Shown one piece after another: positions 59,611-64,000 of a stretch of DNA of 64,000 nucleotides (within the stretch, counting starts at the first letter, position 1; every line of letters begins with the position of its first letter). The position numbers and the translations under genes are program-made. Source of the stretch: Octopus sinensis. Taxonomy: Eukaryota. The notes beneath the pieces were generated by a model. The model searched no databases. It saw nothing but the letters and a program-made list of their open reading frames with translations, and was not told the origin of the DNA. The stretch covers positions 7,997,360-8,061,359 of the forward strand of contig NC_043019.1 of NCBI RefSeq assembly GCF_006345805.1. The letters are read 5' to 3'.

Positions 59611-60909
59611 GCTGAACTTATATATATATATTTGAAAACCTCACTAGAATGGGAGAAAGCGCTAACATATGATGTATGATATAAGTTATATGATGTATAA
59701 GAACATGTAATATACAAATAAATATCTATAAATATAAAACCATTCGAATTTCTGAGTACCTCATTTCTTTAAATATAAAATACCTGTACACCATCTCAAA
59801 ACCTTCTAATAGTATGTATATATGTGTATGCGTGGATATATATTTATGTATATATAGATGCATATATATGCTAATATTATGTGTGTGTATATATATATAT
59901 ATATTATATATATTATATATATATACGCGCGCACATGATAGTGGTGATGATGATGATGATGATGATATTAATAAAGATGATGAGAACGGATATTTACCCA
60001 CTCATATATTATTATACTCTTATTCGCATCATTCTTCCCTTGGATGTTATTGGAAGATATAGAAATTTAAAATATGCTTCACGTCCATTGCGATTATCCT
60101 ACGAATAAATATTAACCTTCGACAGCCTAGGCTTTGCCAATACATTACGAATGCAATTTGGTAGACAGAAGTTAGTGAAATCTTGTTAAATATATCTGAA
60201 TATACTTATTCCCGTATAATAAATTCCTCTCTTCCCGATGGCATGTCACCTATTTCCTTTGTATTTTGAGACGAAAGTGCGCCTGATGTTCTTACCGCGC
60301 TCCTCAAGTCGAAATTTGCTTGGAATATCCCAGTTGTAATTCGTAATACAATATCTTTAACAGCATTTACTCGCATTTTTATTGCAAACTACACAGAAGC
60401 AGCAATACATGCATTCAACCGTAAATGGATGTGATAATGTTCGACTTTATAAACACTTGAAAAATACATCCGCATTCTTTGTCAGTTTTGAATATATTTA
60501 TTTCGTCGGATGACGAAACGAGCTCGCAGAATCGTTAGCAACCTGGCATTGTATGGTGATAAGCTGTGCAGATCATTTTTTTCTCATTCTTTCTTTGCTC
60601 GTAAAATAGAGTATTCCTCTGGAGTGGTAACGAAGTAGAATTCACGGAACGTCAGACAAAAACGGCTAGGATTAGTTCTGGCCATTTGCGATATGATTTC
60701 CAACGTTAGCAAGAGAATATTTTACATGCAATCTTACATGGTTTAATATAATATGATGCTAGTCCAAAGTATTGAGACAAACCTCTGCCTTTTCTTCAGC
60801 TGTCATGTACGTGCGATTCCGCTGGGTAAAATTTCGAAGATTATTTGTGTGTCTATGTCCGTTAGCGACATTACGGGCAACAATGACAGCCAGGAAAGCG
60901 TGCATAATA

Positions 60910-61012
60910 CGAGGGGTGTATGAAAAGTGTTGAGCCTAAAAAAAAAAAAATGGGCAAGACTTCTGATGAAGGTACAAGACATCAAGGCTCGACATTTTTC
61001 ATGCAGCTCTCG
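60910..61012. mobile_element. Mariner/Tc1-type MITE (103 bp)
   Basis: TA|CGAGGGGTGTATGAAAAGTGTTGAGCCT ... AGGCTCGACATTTTTCATGCAGCTCTCG|TA: imperfect 28-bp TIRs with a TA target duplication. Confidence 0.78.
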
Positions 61013-61089
61013 TATAATCCTTTCTACTGTAGACACAATACCTGAAATTTTGGGAGAGTGGGATGAAATATTACATACACCCCAATGTA

Positions 61090-61400
61090 TTAATGGTACG
61101 AACTTTATAAACACCGAAAGGATGTGAGGCAAAATCATCCTGGGTGGAATTTGAACTCAGACCGCAAAGATGGACGAAATATCTATTTCTATTTCTTTAC
61201 TACTCACAAGGGGCTAAACATAGAGGGGACAAACAAGTACAGACAAACGGATTAAGTCGATTACATAGACCCCCAGTGTATAACTGGTGCTTAATTTATC
61301 GACCCCGAACAAATGAAAGGCAAAGTCAACCTTGGCGGAATTTGAAATCAGAACGTAGCGGCAGACGAAATACCACTAACAACTTTCGCCAGCGTGCTAA
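61090..61400 (-). mobile_element. SINE family B, body stacked on an older body
   Basis: Junction GAAATATCTATTTCTATTTCTTTAC at 61176. Confidence 0.82.
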
Positions 61401-61619
61401 CGTGTATAATATAATACTCATTGATTTTATCATTAAGTTCAAAGAGATAGCATTAATCTGAGAAATAAACTGCAAGGAGAAAAGACAACCTCACGCTACT
61501 TAAATAGTGGACCTCGGCAGGTTCCATATAACACCTGGGGGTCCATGTAAGATTATTTTGTTAAAATTTTTAGCATCTAATTGGTTAAACTTTTACAATA
61601 AACGAAATATTTTAACAAA

Positions 61620-62010
61620 TCTCTTTATATATAAAGCTGAAGTTGTCTGTGTGTGGCAGGTTTGGTAGCCTTCAACTAACACTATCTCCTCCGAGACACT
61701 GCGGCACAAATTGACCAAAATTGAGAGTATGATAGAAGAAAACTTGCTCCTCCTTTCCTAGAAGAAAAAATTCAAATCGGACCATGTTTAGGCCAAAAAT
61801 TATTAACATCAAAAAGGTGTTTTTTTTCTATGAAAATCCCTATTTTTTACCATTTTTGACCGCTGTGTCGCCATTTTTCGGTGTATTTCAACTAGAAAAA
61901 TGTTCACTTAAAGAGAATAACAAGCTACAAAATGCAAAACTTTTACTTTTCAAAAATCCCAATTCTAAAGGGTCGAAACAAATCCGAGCAACGCCGGGTG
62001 ATACTGCTAG
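61620..62010 (+). mobile_element. Non-autonomous Helitron
   Basis: A|TCTCTTTATATATAAAGCTGAAG ... ATCCGAGCAACGCCGGGTGATACTGCTAG|T. Confidence 0.87.
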
Positions 62011-62433
62011 TCTTTTTATATAATTCTTAATCATATGTAACTATAGAAATATTATTGGAATTTTGAAAATGTTGAATGGCTACAGAGATCCAGTAGAGAA
62101 AAATAAGGAAGAAGAGGGCCAAGGTAAAAAAAAAAATGGTAGCTTTTGAATAGTTTCTTATCTCTTGTTGAAACTTATTTTAGAGAATATGACTAAAATT
62201 GTTGCAACGTAGACAGATATGGTTCCAGATAACGGCCGAGATTTCTAGATGTGTGGCTTTTATTCTGATGATTGTAACATGAAAGTTATTTCTATTGACT
62301 GAAGAGTTTTTGAAACTAAAAGAAAAACACAAAAGATAACGAGCATCAAGCACAGGTAGAACTCAGCCGAACGAAAAAAACAAAATACAAATCACAACTA
62401 ATGTAGATGTCTGTTAGCGTACAAGACAGCAGC

Positions 62434-62465
<32 letters not shown>

Positions 62466-62669
62466 AATCGACGGTTTTTAGACCATAGTTTTCATGTCAA
62501 AATGAACAAATTTTCTTCTCAAACCGGTGTATGAGTATGTGTATGTAAAAACATGTGTGCATGTATATTGATATGTATGCGCGTGTACACACATAGATAC
62601 ATTCACACACGCACACATATATATATACAGATATATATATATATATATGTATATATGTATATGCATGTG

Positions 62670-62777
<108 letters not shown>

Positions 62778-63392
62778 TACATACACACACATGCACATAC
62801 ACACACATAGGAGAGAGAGAGAGAGATGGATAAATAGGTATTGATAAGCAGATGAAGGTACACACAGCCACAAGCTCACACATATAGATGTATGCACATA
62901 TGGAAGTGTGTGTTTATATACGCTTGTCTGTGTGTCCATGGGTGCGCGTGCGTCTATATGTTCGTTCGTTCGTTCGTATGTGTGTTGCAAGTCACTTTCC
63001 CGGCACGATCCTGGTCTTGTTAATAATGAATAGGTCGGTGATGGTGATGTTGATAGCAAATGGTTCGCTGATGGTGAGAATGATACTGTTGGTGAAAATA
63101 ATCAGCACCGTCGCCATCATCATTATCATCATCATCATCATCATCATCGACAACAACTCCGTCGTCGTTGCCGTCATCATCATCATCATCATAATCATCA
63201 TCATCAATTAAAATATTGTTTGTCGCATTGCGAAAAACCTTTAAACTTGGCCGAGTGACAGGAGTGCGTTTACACACACACACAAACACATACATATATA
63301 CATACACACATAGACATACAGAACCGTGCATACATGCAAACATACATGCATATATAGATTCATATATAGTTATATAGATGCATATATACACG

Positions 63393-63432
<40 letters not shown>

Positions 63433-63521
63433 CGTATGTATGTATGTATATGGCAAGTATATATATGTTCATATATATATATATGTATGTATACATATAT
63501 GTATATATACATATATATATG

Positions 63522-63554
<33 letters not shown>

Positions 63555-64000
63555 AATATTATATATATGTGTGTGTGTGTGTATATATATATGTATGTAT
63601 GTATACACATATGTATATATATATACAACATATATATTAGTATATATATATATATACATATATATATGTATATATATATACATGTATAAGATTATGGTGT
63701 ATATATATATATATATTTATAAGTATCTGTTTTTACAAGACTTGTAGTTTTCTACATTAAAATTTTATGTAAGTATATATATGTGTGTGTATGTATATGT
63801 GTGCGCGTGTGTATGTATGTGTGTTTGTGAGTGTGTGTATGTTTGTGTGTGTGCAGCGTGTCTCTCTCTATCGCTCTCACCCTGACTCGCACTCCCACAC
63901 CTCTCTCATGCTTCTTTCCTTCTTTGCATCTCTCTCTTTTTACTCTCTCTCTCTCTCTATTTCTCTCTCTCTCTTTGTCTCCTGTCACTTTCTGCCGTGT

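Noticed and set aside
62160-62345. Strong minus-strand acceptor (TTTTGTGTTTTTCTTTTAG)
   Set aside because: All frames close before any convincing donor.

Overview
AT-rich animal genomic DNA, most consistent with an octopus genome. That assignment is an inference from the very high microsatellite load and the tRNA-derived SINE families; it was not checked against a database. There is no prokaryotic feature, CRISPR array, rRNA, intact tRNA gene or complete protein-coding gene. Almost all supplied ORFs are translations of simple repeats. Supported content: four SINE-like families (my labels A-D), a decayed Tx1/L1-type LINE, two mariner transposase remnants, an R4/Dong-like RT remnant, a CR1/L2-type 3' end, two non-autonomous Helitrons with exact A|TC...CTAG|T ends, a 103-bp mariner-type MITE and very long (ATT)n and AAT/GAT arrays. 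A cluster of candidate minus-strand exons at 53.1-53.8 kb may encode part of an Ig-like domain. The most notable observations are (i) SINE-B bodies stacked at one fixed palindromic junction, with an ABAB higher-order array, (ii) a 116-bp perfect loopless palindrome next to a related hairpin, and (iii) two inverted, decayed copies of an unidentified once-coding sequence. I found no convincing new biological system. Repeat boundaries are approximate (about 10-20 bp) unless stated as exact.
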